Source: Chitinophagales bacterium (GTDB lineage Bacteria; Bacteroidota; Bacteroidia; Chitinophagales; LD1). Taken from it: a DNA stretch of 42,355 bases. A program made the translations under genes and the position numbers. The DNA is taken from the NCBI GenBank assembly GCA_033578915.1, contig JAVQWQ010000001.1, forward strand, positions 1-42,355, in the 5' to 3' direction. Of this stretch, positions 1-9,000 are shown piece by piece. The notes beneath the pieces are model-generated. The model searched no databases. It saw only the letters and a list, made by a program, of their open reading frames with translations, and was not told the origin of the DNA. Each line of letters begins with the position of its first letter. Position 1 is the stretch's first letter.

Positions 1-978
1 ACTTGGGCTATAACCCGCGTCTTTGAGGGCTTGGCGGCATGGCTCCAGGGTACGCTGTATTAGGTTATCGGAAAGTTGCTCAAACTTAGCACGGGTAAGT
101 TTGCGTACCAAGTGCTTAGGCACACCATCTACTGCCGTAATGTATGGCAGGTTAATTTCTGTTTCTTGCGAAGAGCTCAATTCGATCTTAGCTTTTTCAG
201 CTGCTTCTTTGAGTCGTTGTAAAGCCATCGGATCTTTTCGTAAATCAACGTTTTCGTCTCGCTTAAATTCTTCTGCCAGCCACTCTATAATGACCTGGTC
301 GAAATCATCTCCACCCAGATGCGTATCGCCATTAGTGGATTTAACCTCAAACACACCACCGCCCAGCTCAAGGATAGAGATATCAAAGGTACCTCCACCC
401 AAGTCGTACACCGCGACTTTCATGTCTTTACCTTTTTTATCAAGGCCGTATGCTAGGGCAGCAGCAGTTGGTTCATTGAGAATTCTTCGAACATTAAGTC
501 CGGCAATTTCTCCGGCTTCTTTAGTTGCCTGGCGCTGGCTGTCGTTGAAATATGCAGGTACGGTTATCACAGCCTCTGTAACGGGCTGTCCAAGATAATC
601 TTCTGCCGTTTTTTTCATTTTTTGAAGAATCATGGCAGAAATTTCCTGAGGCGTGTATAACCTGCCATCTATGTCCACGCGAACAGTATCGTTATCTCCT
701 CTTACTACTTTATAGGGAACACGAGAGATTTCGCTGGTTACCTCGCTATATCTTCTTCCCATAAAGCGCTTAATAGAGTGTATGGTACGCGTGGGGTTAG
801 TAATGGCCTGACGCTTGGCAGGATCGCCTACTTTACGTTCCCCATTCTGCATAAATGCAACAACTGATGGAGTTGTCCTGCGGCCTTCATCATTTGCAAT
901 AACGATAGGGTCATTGCCTTCTATAATACTAACGCAACTGTTAGTAGTTCCTAAATCTATTCCAATAATTTTGCCCAT
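1..978 (-). CDS. dnaK: Chaperone DnaK (Hsp70), N-terminal 326 codons; gene continues past the left edge of the window
   Basis: Absent from the ORF track because it is open-ended. Reverse complement from ATG 978..976 reads [42 protein letters not shown] ... [45 protein letters not shown] ... [15 protein letters not shown] ... [11 protein letters not shown]. These are the Hsp70 ATPase-domain signatures, and the frame stays open to base 1. The + strand ORFs 23..598 and 815..1051 are antisense shadows of it. Confidence 0.97.
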   Translation of the reverse strand, partial: MGKIIGIDLGTTNSCVSIIEGNDPIVIANDEGRRTTPSVVAFMQNGERKVGDPAKRQAITNPTRTIHSIKRFMGRRYSEVTSEISRVPYKVVRGDNDTVRVDIDGRLYTPQEISAMILQKMKKTAEDYLGQPVTEAVITVPAYFNDSQRQATKEAGEIAGLNVRRILNEPTAAALAYGLDKKGKDMKVAVYDLGGGTFDISILELGGGVFEVKSTNGDTHLGGDDFDQVIIEWLAEEFKRDENVDLRKDPMALQRLKEAAEKAKIELSSSQETEINLPYITAVDGVPKHLVRKLTRAKFEQLSDNLIQRTLEPCRQALKDAGYSPS

Positions 979-1099
979 TGTTCAAGTTTTACTTAATAAC
1001 TCACAATCGTTGTGCCATAATATTTCCGGCAAACCATGTGGCATATTTTAATTGTTAAATGCGCCAAAAATTCTATCATTGAACTGACACTTAGGCAGC

Positions 1100-1107
1100 C
1101 AAAAGTA
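1100..1107 (-). promoter_or_regulatory. Candidate Bacteroidota -7 promoter box (TACTTTTG, matches TAnnTTTG) for dnaK
   Basis: The + strand reads CAAAAGTA. This is an exact match to the TAnnTTTG -7 consensus, about 120 nt upstream of the dnaK ATG. No convincing -33 TTTG partner seen. Confidence 0.25.
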
Positions 1108-1146
1108 AAAAGCACCACAAGAAATATCGGAACATAGCATTAATCC

Positions 1147-1154
1147 TATTTTTG
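1147..1154 (+). promoter_or_regulatory. Candidate Bacteroidota -7 promoter box (TATTTTTG) for the histidine kinase gene
   Basis: Exact TAnnTTTG match 28 nt upstream of ATG 1182, in the 203 nt divergent intergenic region shared with dnaK. Confidence 0.35.
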
Positions 1155-1181
1155 TACCTGTAAATAACAAATCATTAAATA

Positions 1182-2228
1182 ATGAAAAACGCCACACAGA
1201 AAAGTGTTGCGCTTCTGGTTTCTTCACTTTTGGCAGGAATACTCTTTGCCATAAGCCTGATAATGCGATTGGCTATTGACGAAGCTTTCCCCTTGTATAT
1301 GTTGTTGTTGTGGCCTGTGGTAGGATTTTGTGTTGCCTATCCGCTGGTTTACTATTCGGTAGAAGAATTTATTTATCGAAGGGTAAAATTAATTTATAAA
1401 ATCATTAATGATTTAAAAACAGGAAAAGACGTACTTCGGGAAAAACTTGAGTCTCCGAACATTCTAGATGACGTTAAGGAACAGGTGTTAGAGTTTAGCA
1501 GAAAGAAAAGCGCTGAGATTGAGGAGTTAAAAAAACTGGAAAAATACCGGAAAGAATTTCTCGGTAATGTTTCTCATGAATTGAAGACTCCTATATTCAA
1601 TATTCAGGGTTACTTGGAAACATTGCTCGATGGAGGGCTTGAAGACCCAAGAATTGCAAGGGAATACATTCTAAGAGCTGCCAAAAATGCAGACCGCTTA
1701 GGCAATATTGTAGAAGATTTATTGCTTATTTCTCAGTACGAAGGGGGAGAACTGGAGCTTTACATTGAGCGTTTCGATATTCATCAACTTACCAAAGATG
1801 TATTCGATAGCCTGCGAATGCAAGCCCAGCAAAGAGGCATAAAGTTTCAGTTTAAAGAAGAATGCGACCAGCCTTTTTATGTAGAAGCAGATAAGAGCCG
1901 AATAGCGCAAGTGCTGAATAACCTAATATCTAACGCTATTAAATATGGCCGTGAAAACGGAAATGTGTTTGCAGGTTTTTACATAATGGAAGATAAACTT
2001 CTGGTAGAAATCAGCGATAACGGCCCTGGAATTGAACAACATCATCTGGGCAGACTGTTTGAACGTTTTTACCGCGTGGACAAAGCGCGCTCGCGCGAGG
2101 CCGGAGGAACAGGCCTGGGGCTGTCTATCGTAAAACACATCATTGAGGCACATGGCGAACAGGTACATGTCCGAAGCACTGTTGGTATTGGTACTACCTT
2201 TAGCTTTACTCTTAAGAGGAGTCGTTAA
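1182..2228 (+). CDS. Membrane-bound sensor histidine kinase (HisKA + HATPase_c, PhoR/BaeS-like), no adjacent response regulator
   Basis: 348 aa. Two N-terminal hydrophobic helices. H-box SHELKTPIFNIQGYLETL. N box NLISNAIKY. G boxes DNGPGI and GGTGLGLSIVKHI. Confidence 0.92.
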   Translation: MKNATQKSVALLVSSLLAGILFAISLIMRLAIDEAFPLYMLLLWPVVGFCVAYPLVYYSVEEFIYRRVKLIYKIINDLKTGKDVLREKLESPNILDDVKEQVLEFSRKKSAEIEELKKLEKYRKEFLGNVSHELKTPIFNIQGYLETLLDGGLEDPRIAREYILRAAKNADRLGNIVEDLLLISQYEGGELELYIERFDIHQLTKDVFDSLRMQAQQRGIKFQFKEECDQPFYVEADKSRIAQVLNNLISNAIKYGRENGNVFAGFYIMEDKLLVEISDNGPGIEQHHLGRLFERFYRVDKARSREAGGTGLGLSIVKHIIEAHGEQVHVRSTVGIGTTFSFTLKRSR

Positions 2229-2333
2229 AAGTTTATTATTCTTCTCAAATACTCGGTCATTAACACAATTTACACTACAAATTCTGATAAGAGTTTATTG
2301 ATTTTAACTTAGCCAGTTTCTTTAGGTCATCAA

Positions 2334-4154
2334 ATGATAAATTACCTTTTGCAACGATTAGCTCCCTGGCTCCTCACGGCTTACACCTTTCTGCTCTGCT
2401 ACATTTTGAGCCTGTTGCCAGTACATCAGAATACGTTGGGCGATTATGCCATAGAAGTGCTACCAAGGGCCGTTTGCGGAATCTGTTTACTGCTGGTTAC
2501 TTTAATGTATTCCAGCAACAACGATGCGGATAGGTATGTCTCGCGCGAGTGGGCTTTTTTACATGTTTTCATTTTTGTGAGTGTCTGCATGTTGTATGCA
2601 TTATTCGGACAACAACGGTGCGGACTTAACGGCTTAATTGGCGATGCCTATTTCAGTACCGCCATGATTACAAAATATAAATACTTTTCCTCATTGACTG
2701 ACTTTAATTATTTAGGGCTGAGCACTTCTTATCCGGCGCTTTACCATTACATTGTCGGAAAATCAGCCGCTCTTTTTTCTGTTGAGTCTTTTGCAGCCGT
2801 TAAGTACGGATACTACCTGGTGTATGCGGTATTAAGCATTCCTCTTTACCTTTTGATTAAAAAATGCTGTAAACAAACCGTGGCTGTAGCATGGATTATA
2901 TTTATATTTCTTCAATATCCTTTTGATAATATCTTTAAACCGTACGAATTCATTTCATCTGCATTCTTTCTGGTGTGGTGGATATATTTTGTAGAAAGAC
3001 CTTCACTGTCCAGGAATGTACATATACTAATTGGTGGATTAATTGGGGGGCTGATATTTGCAACTTATTATTACTGGTTTTTTGCCGGGGCAATTTACAT
3101 TTTGGTTTTCTGGGGTCATGAAATGGTTACACGAGGGCCAAAACCATTTTTTACAAATAGAAAAAAACATTTTTTGTTGCTTATTACGGCTGCTGTAACA
3201 AGCAGTTTCTATTGGTTGCCATTGTTGAAAGACTTTTTAGCATTTGGCGTGGTATCGCTGCAAAACCGATGGCTCAGCGAAGAGATGGTTCACTTTAGTT
3301 TCATATCCAATAAAAGTATTTTTTCAGGATTTATAAGTTTAACAGGGGTGATTTTCACATTCATATTTTTTCGCGATAGCCTCATGAAAATTCTTTTCAA
3401 ACTTTTACTGTCCTGTTTGATACTTTATTCAGTGGGGTTTGTATTGCTTTTTGCACAGATACCATTGGTGGTAAATAAATTACATTATCTTATGGATGCC
3501 ATATGTGCGATGGCTTTCTTTCATGGCCTCTTTAACCTTGTCGGTTGGCAACAGGAAATAAAAGAACGATTGATTCTAGCATGTTATATCGTTTTGCTCC
3601 TGCTGGGATGCAACACTTTCATGGAATTGAAAGCGCATCCATTTTATGCCAGCACACGCAATTTTCAGATTAAATTTTTTCAGGATGATTCCCAGGCGCT
3701 GCATCAGTACAAAAACAAAGTAATGTTGACCGACCGCCAACATATCAACGCCTTAATACCGGTTCATTATTTTATTAATATCAACGCCCATTTTTCACAT
3801 CCCGCCTCGCGATTTCGCGAACGCATTGCATTTCTTGAGCAGCTACAAGCAATTAAAAATCCTGATGTTTTAGCGTGGATGCTCGCCTACAATAAATTCA
3901 ACAAAGTAGATTTGATATTCTTTGAAAACACTCCTGAGTTGACGATTTTTGACGATAATTTTCCTTACGGGCACAGCATGAAAAAAATCGTATTGACACC
4001 GGACTTGTTCACGTCTTCTTATTTAAAATATTATGGAAATATACCAGGCGAAAATGGCAATATTTATGCACTAGAGCCGCCTCCTTACGCTTTGCGAAAA
4101 AGTTTTAGTCCGTTGGAGGAAAGGATTGCCTCACAGTTCGCTCAAAAGTTGTAA
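2334..4154 (+). CDS. Large polytopic membrane protein, GT-C-fold glycosyltransferase-like (AftA-like layout)
   Basis: 606 aa. Roughly a dozen hydrophobic helices over the first ~460 aa. DAD (DxD-type) motif in the first loop (2523..2531). About 140 aa soluble C-terminal domain (INAHFSHPASRFRERIAFLEQL...). The family call is inferred from architecture, not from a search. Confidence 0.5.
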   Translation: MINYLLQRLAPWLLTAYTFLLCYILSLLPVHQNTLGDYAIEVLPRAVCGICLLLVTLMYSSNNDADRYVSREWAFLHVFIFVSVCMLYALFGQQRCGLNGLIGDAYFSTAMITKYKYFSSLTDFNYLGLSTSYPALYHYIVGKSAALFSVESFAAVKYGYYLVYAVLSIPLYLLIKKCCKQTVAVAWIIFIFLQYPFDNIFKPYEFISSAFFLVWWIYFVERPSLSRNVHILIGGLIGGLIFATYYYWFFAGAIYILVFWGHEMVTRGPKPFFTNRKKHFLLLITAAVTSSFYWLPLLKDFLAFGVVSLQNRWLSEEMVHFSFISNKSIFSGFISLTGVIFTFIFFRDSLMKILFKLLLSCLILYSVGFVLLFAQIPLVVNKLHYLMDAICAMAFFHGLFNLVGWQQEIKERLILACYIVLLLLGCNTFMELKAHPFYASTRNFQIKFFQDDSQALHQYKNKVMLTDRQHINALIPVHYFININAHFSHPASRFRERIAFLEQLQAIKNPDVLAWMLAYNKFNKVDLIFFENTPELTIFDDNFPYGHSMKKIVLTPDLFTSSYLKYYGNIPGENGNIYALEPPPYALRKSFSPLEERIASQFAQKL

Positions 4155-4164
4155 AAAAAGGGCA

Positions 4165-4959
4165 ATGGAAGAAATATCTGAACAGAACATCCATATCAAC
4201 GAAGAAAAACCTAAGGATAAAGGGCTGAAATGGTCGCCCGCAGCCATTGTTCTGGCCATAATTCTGATTATGACCTTAGGAATTGCCGTATATTTTTCAC
4301 TCAACAAAAATCGAAATAACAATAAGGATGCGATTGCTAATAATGCATTAAATCCGCAGGAGCAACTAAACAACGCCCTCAAGGCTGCTGAAGCTCAACC
4401 TACCGTTGCAAACCTCATCAATTTAGGGCTTGCTTATTTCAATAACGGTAAATTCTTAGAATGTATAGCAGTAAACATGCAGGTGGTTCAGGCAGACAGC
4501 AACAACAGTATTGCTTTAAATAATATCTGCGCTGCTTACAACAATCTATATAGGTTTGAGGAAGCAAAGTTTTTTTGCAAAAAAGCGCTTGAAAAAGATA
4601 GCGCCAATCAACTCGCTAAAAACAATCTTGCTTATGCAGAAGACCAAATACAACGAATAATCGCACTTCAGCAGAAAACAGACCAGCAAATGACTAAAGA
4701 AGATTACGTTCAATTAGGTATCTACCATTATAAGAGGAGAGAATTCGCGCGTGCAGCCGACATTTTTCAACGCGGCATCAATAAGTTTCCTCAAGATGTG
4801 TTGTTGCTGAATAATCTTTGCGCATCATTTTGTGAATTGAAACAATGGGACAAAGCACTTCCGTACTGCGAAGAAGCCGTGAGCCTGCAACCCGATTATG
4901 CTCTAGCACGCAACAACCTGCAGTGGGCCCGCGATGGCAAAGCCGGCAAATACAATTAA
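4165..4959 (+). CDS. Membrane-anchored TPR-repeat protein
   Basis: The track ORF starts at 4126 and overlaps the upstream gene; ATG 4165 (MEEISEQ) is the better start. One TM helix (WSPAAIVLAIILIMTLGIAVYF) followed by at least four 34-residue TPR-like units (LGLAYFNNGKFLECI, AAYNNLYRFEEAKFFCKKALE, LGIYHYKRREFARAADIFQRGI, CASFCELKQWDKALPYCEEAV). Confidence 0.8.
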   Translation: MEEISEQNIHINEEKPKDKGLKWSPAAIVLAIILIMTLGIAVYFSLNKNRNNNKDAIANNALNPQEQLNNALKAAEAQPTVANLINLGLAYFNNGKFLECIAVNMQVVQADSNNSIALNNICAAYNNLYRFEEAKFFCKKALEKDSANQLAKNNLAYAEDQIQRIIALQQKTDQQMTKEDYVQLGIYHYKRREFARAADIFQRGINKFPQDVLLLNNLCASFCELKQWDKALPYCEEAVSLQPDYALARNNLQWARDGKAGKYN

Positions 4960-4967
4960 ATACACTT

Positions 4968-6095
4968 ATGCAGCTACGTGTAGCGGTTTGCGCAACAGTA
5001 ATTTTCCTAATCTATGTTCAAAGCGCATCAGGAAACATTGACACTGTTTACGGACACATAGGCGTTTCAGCAACTTACTATTTTGGCAAACATATCAAAC
5101 ACAACCAGCGCATAACTCCCGAACTAAAAGGAATAACTCATGCTTATGAAATAAGTGTTTTCAAACAAACCGATGGGCGAAAAGCATGGATGCGCAAGCT
5201 GCGCCACCCTGAAATAGGAGGCGCTTTGCATATTACGCAAAACGTAAATATTGACACATTTGGTTGGGCTATCGGAGCAATGGGAACTGTTCAATTTTGG
5301 CTATGGCGCACCAGGCCATTTGATTTGTTTGTACGCCTGGGAAGCGGTGTTGCTTTTTTTACGCATTATTACGACAAAGAAAAAAATCCCAATAATAACG
5401 TTATTGGTTCATCGCCTAATGTAATTGCACAATTCAAAATAGGAGGTAACATAAAGCCGTTGCCTTGGCTGCACATAGCTTTGTTTTCGGCATTTACACA
5501 TCACTCGAATGGTGCGCTGCGGCCACCTAACCTGGGTATAAATGTAGTAAGTGGCGGATTGAGCGTAAGATATTTTCCGGCACATCACGCCATAGCGCTC
5601 AAGAAAGGAAATATTCCAAAGGAGGCACGGCCTAATGAAATTATGGCTAGATACGGATTGGGCTGGGTGCAGGCATGGTATGAAGGGCCTATGATGCCAG
5701 TGCACTTCGTAACTTTAGCTTATGCGCGCTACACCAGTATCGTGAATAAAGTTCTCGGTGGCCTGGCTTTTGAATACAGCACCGCCAAACAATATTTTTG
5801 GGCAGGATATCCCACAGCTACCGATAAAATGCGCAGAACCTATCCTATGAATCTAAGCTTTTTTGCCGGGGATGAGTTGATGGTAAACAGAGTAAGTATG
5901 CTGTGGGCTATAGGGGTATATGTCTATCGGCCTGAGCCAACCCGGGATAAAGTATATTTTCGCGGAGGTGCAAATTATTATCCATACGACTTAGGAAAGC
6001 AAAAAAATATCAGGCCATTTGTTGGCGCTCACCTTAAAACACATCAGGCTGTGGCCGAGACCATAGAATTTGTAGCAGGAATTTGCATCAGGTAA
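4968..6095 (+). CDS. Outer-membrane acyloxyacyl hydrolase / lipid A 3-O-deacylase (PagL)-like protein
   Basis: The track ORF starts at 4845 inside the TPR gene. ATG 4968 gives a clean signal peptide (MQLRVAVCATVIFLIYVQSASG). Beta-barrel-like alternating sequence. H-H-S-N-G motif (FTHHSNG, 5499..5513) resembles the PagL His/Ser active-site strand. Confidence 0.6.
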   Translation: MQLRVAVCATVIFLIYVQSASGNIDTVYGHIGVSATYYFGKHIKHNQRITPELKGITHAYEISVFKQTDGRKAWMRKLRHPEIGGALHITQNVNIDTFGWAIGAMGTVQFWLWRTRPFDLFVRLGSGVAFFTHYYDKEKNPNNNVIGSSPNVIAQFKIGGNIKPLPWLHIALFSAFTHHSNGALRPPNLGINVVSGGLSVRYFPAHHAIALKKGNIPKEARPNEIMARYGLGWVQAWYEGPMMPVHFVTLAYARYTSIVNKVLGGLAFEYSTAKQYFWAGYPTATDKMRRTYPMNLSFFAGDELMVNRVSMLWAIGVYVYRPEPTRDKVYFRGGANYYPYDLGKQKNIRPFVGAHLKTHQAVAETIEFVAGICIR

Positions 6096-6106
6096 CAGGT
6101 ATTTAC

Positions 6107-7573
6107 ATGTCATTAAACGCTGCTTCCAAATACAGAAAATTTCTGCTGTTCGGGTTGCTATTTACACTTTCGGCTGTACTTCATTTTCCATACTTCAATA
6201 AAGATATTATCAGCGCACACGTTTGGCGACAAAGCCAGACTATGACAAACATCGTAAACTTTTACGAAGAAGATTTCAACATTTTGAATCCGAGGAAAAA
6301 TGACAGAGGAGATGGCAGCGGCATCATGCGAATGGAATTCCCCTTGTATCAATGGCTCTGTGCAGCGCTATGGAAAATATTTGGCAAACATATTTGGATA
6401 GTACGGCTATTCACTTTCATAATAGGATTATGTTCGGTAGTAGCAATATATTTCTTGAATAAAATTTTCTGGAATAGGCAGAGTGCGGCAATAGGGGCGG
6501 CTTTCTGTTTTAGCTTTTCGCCTGCATTTTTTTATTACACTATTTGTCCGCTACCCGATAATCTGGCGCTATGTTTCGGATTGTGGTCTCTTTACTTTTT
6601 CTATTTATATTTTGACAAGGTTCTTTATAAGTACTTATTTATCGGAGCAATATTTGGGGCATTGTCAGCTTTATGCAAATTACCTTTTGTACTCTACTTT
6701 ATCGTTCCATTTTTTGGTTGTATTTATGATCTCATTTATAATCAGGAAAAGAACTTCAAAGTATGGCATCTATCAGCCTTCGCATTTTTGATTTTACCTG
6801 CATTATGGTACATCAAGGTAGTGCCTCAATGGCATGGAAATGGTATCGTCAAAGGTATATTGGATAATCAAACGGCAATTTCAACTTTGATTAAGTATAT
6901 AGCAGGAAATCTTATCTCTACCTTTCCTGAACTATTGATAAACTATGCTGCATTGCCGCTTTTTGCCTTAGGTATTGTGGAATTAATTCGCCTTAAACAT
7001 GTAAGCGCTTTTAAAATTTATTCGTACTGTGCTCTTTGCCTGTTGTTGGTTTTATATTGGCTTTACGAGCTGAATATGATTGGTTTGGATCACGATTACT
7101 ATTTCTTTCCTTTTTATCCGATTCTTTTTTTAGCCGTGGGTGGAGGATTTGTTTACGCAGAAAAGCTTCAGGGAAAAGTTTTTCGCGTAGTGAAGCCGGT
7201 TGTGCTGTCTGCAGTAGTCTTGGCCTGTATGTTGCGTATGGCTCCGAGATGGAAGGAAGAGGCACCAGGGTTCAATATGGATTTGCTTCGTTGCAAAAGA
7301 GATCTGCAACGCATCACAGAAAAAAAAGCATTATGTGTGGCCGGAAACGATGTCTCTCACCATATCTTTTTTTATCATTTAGACCGCAAGGGCTGGGCAT
7401 TTCACAACGATGAATTAAACGGAACTCAACTAAGGTATATGATTGAGAGAGGAGCTCGTTACCTCTATTCAGATTCCAGAGCAATAGAAGAAAAAAATGA
7501 TGTGAAACCTCACCTCGATACATTGCTGTATCAATGTGGCAGCTTCCATGTGTTCAGACTGAAAATACCGTAA
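6107..7573 (+). CDS. GT-C-fold glycosyltransferase, PMT_2 / ArnT (GT39/GT83)-like
   Basis: The track start 6083 is a TTG; ATG 6107 (MSLNAASKYRKF) is preferred. 488 aa with about 11 TM helices. First periplasmic loop has acidic residues plus the EFPLYQW motif typical of ArnT/PMT_2-type lipid-carrier-dependent transferases. Soluble C-terminal ~100 aa. Confidence 0.65.
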   Translation: MSLNAASKYRKFLLFGLLFTLSAVLHFPYFNKDIISAHVWRQSQTMTNIVNFYEEDFNILNPRKNDRGDGSGIMRMEFPLYQWLCAALWKIFGKHIWIVRLFTFIIGLCSVVAIYFLNKIFWNRQSAAIGAAFCFSFSPAFFYYTICPLPDNLALCFGLWSLYFFYLYFDKVLYKYLFIGAIFGALSALCKLPFVLYFIVPFFGCIYDLIYNQEKNFKVWHLSAFAFLILPALWYIKVVPQWHGNGIVKGILDNQTAISTLIKYIAGNLISTFPELLINYAALPLFALGIVELIRLKHVSAFKIYSYCALCLLLVLYWLYELNMIGLDHDYYFFPFYPILFLAVGGGFVYAEKLQGKVFRVVKPVVLSAVVLACMLRMAPRWKEEAPGFNMDLLRCKRDLQRITEKKALCVAGNDVSHHIFFYHLDRKGWAFHNDELNGTQLRYMIERGARYLYSDSRAIEEKNDVKPHLDTLLYQCGSFHVFRLKIP

Positions 7574-7639
7574 TACATCCATAAACATACCAATGAATAT
7601 TTTATAACATTGCTTTATTTCAACGCATAATAAACCGAC

Positions 7640-8998
7640 ATGACAAAAAAACAAATCATAGATTACGTAAAAGAGCATCCACTTCAAAAGGTAAAATTAG
7701 CAATTACTGATGCTGATGGCATTTTGCGAGGCAAATACATCAGTACAGAAAAGTTTCTTTCTGTGTGCGATGATAGTTTTGGCTTTTGCGATGTAGTCTT
7801 CGGTTGGGATTGCAACGACCTTGCATACGACAACACGCAGTTTACTGGTTGGCACACCGGCTATCCGGATGCACAGGTGCAAATAGATATAGACACATTC
7901 AGAACCATTTCATGGGAAATGGATGTGCCATTTTTTTTAGGCGCTTTTGTAAATTCAAATAAAGAGCCGCTGGCCATTTGTCCGCGCCAACTGCTGAAAA
8001 AGGTTCGCAACGAGGCTGAGCAGGCAGGATTCAAAGCTGTTTTCAGTCAGGAATTTGAATGGTTCAACTTTGCAGAAACACCTGATTCATTTGCAGAAAA
8101 AGGGTATAGAAAGCCTGCTCCGCTCACTCCGGGCATGTTCGGATATTCTATTTTACGCAGCACTTTAAAAAATGAATTTTTTACAGACCTGTTTGAACAT
8201 CTGAAAAAGTTTGGCGTGCCTTTAGAGGGATTACACACAGAGACCGGCCCCGGAACTTATGAAGCCGCCATTCAATATGCAGAGATACTTGAAGGTGCAG
8301 ACAGGGCTGTTTTATTTAAGTCGGCCGTAAAGGAGATTGCCTACAAACATGGAATTATGGCAAGTTTTATGGCAAAATGGAATGAAAATTTACCGGGTTG
8401 CAGCGGACACGTTCATCAAAGTTTGTGGGATATCGAGGGCAAGAAAAATCTTTTCTACGATGAGAACGACAATCACCGAATGAGCGAGTTGATGAAAAGT
8501 TACATAGCGGGACAGTTGTATTGTTTACCTCATGTATTGCCAATGTATGCACCTACAATAAATTCTTACAAAAGGCTGGTTGAAGGAGCATGGGCGCCTA
8601 CGACACTAACCTGGGGAATTGATAACCGGACGGTCGCCTTGCGCGCCTTGCCGGGTAGCGCAAAATCTACACGCCTGGAGACCCGTGTGGTTGGCAGCGA
8701 TTGCAATCCATATCTGGCCATGGCTGCCTGCCTGGCTACCGGACTTTACGGCATAAAAAAGCAACTTAAACTGGAGCAACCGCCAACGATAGGAAACGGA
8801 TACAAAGAGCTTAGATTCGGTACACTGCCGCGAAATCTTTGGGAAGCAACACAAGCCATGAAAAACAGTCCTTTAGCAGGAGAGTTGTTTGGAAAAGATT
8901 TTGTTGCGCATTTTGCAGCCACACGCGAATGGGAATGGAGACAATTCAGCAAAGCTGTTACAGACTGGGAAATGAAACGATATTTCGAAATTATTTAG
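7640..8998 (+). CDS. Glutamine synthetase family protein (type I-like, gamma-glutamyl-amine ligase candidate)
   Basis: 452 aa. GS catalytic-domain motifs GCSGHVHQSLWD, INSYKRLVEGAWAP, DNRTVALR and a C-terminal helical region. N-terminal beta-grasp-like domain. Confidence 0.88.
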   Translation: MTKKQIIDYVKEHPLQKVKLAITDADGILRGKYISTEKFLSVCDDSFGFCDVVFGWDCNDLAYDNTQFTGWHTGYPDAQVQIDIDTFRTISWEMDVPFFLGAFVNSNKEPLAICPRQLLKKVRNEAEQAGFKAVFSQEFEWFNFAETPDSFAEKGYRKPAPLTPGMFGYSILRSTLKNEFFTDLFEHLKKFGVPLEGLHTETGPGTYEAAIQYAEILEGADRAVLFKSAVKEIAYKHGIMASFMAKWNENLPGCSGHVHQSLWDIEGKKNLFYDENDNHRMSELMKSYIAGQLYCLPHVLPMYAPTINSYKRLVEGAWAPTTLTWGIDNRTVALRALPGSAKSTRLETRVVGSDCNPYLAMAACLATGLYGIKKQLKLEQPPTIGNGYKELRFGTLPRNLWEATQAMKNSPLAGELFGKDFVAHFAATREWEWRQFSKAVTDWEMKRYFEII

Positions 8999-9000
8999 TA

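Noticed and set aside
23-1051. Plus-strand ORFs 23..598 (191 aa) and 815..1051 (78 aa)
   Set aside because: They lie antisense to an unmistakable dnaK reading frame (1..978, minus strand). Their Ser/Arg/Pro-rich translations have no recognisable features.
979-1181. CIRCE heat-shock operator (TTAGCACTC-N9-GAGTGCTAA) upstream of dnaK
   Set aside because: No match on either strand. Only the short similar strings TGCCATAATATT and TGGCATATTTTA were seen, and these are not a clear repeat.
4126-4967. Upstream extensions of the TPR ORF (4126..4164) and of the PagL-like ORF (4845..4967), and the TTG extension 6083..6106
   Set aside because: The extensions overlap the preceding genes and encode non-signal, Arg/Ser-rich sequence. 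Internal ATGs at 4165, 4968 and 6107 give sensible N-termini (a TM anchor or signal peptide) and 8-11 nt intergenic gaps.
7036-7413. Plus-strand ORF 7036..7413 (125 aa) and minus-strand ORFs 7011..7265 and 7314..7523 inside the ArnT-like gene
   Set aside because: They are out of frame or antisense to a continuous 488 aa polytopic membrane protein. Their translations are Arg/Ser/Leu-rich with no features.
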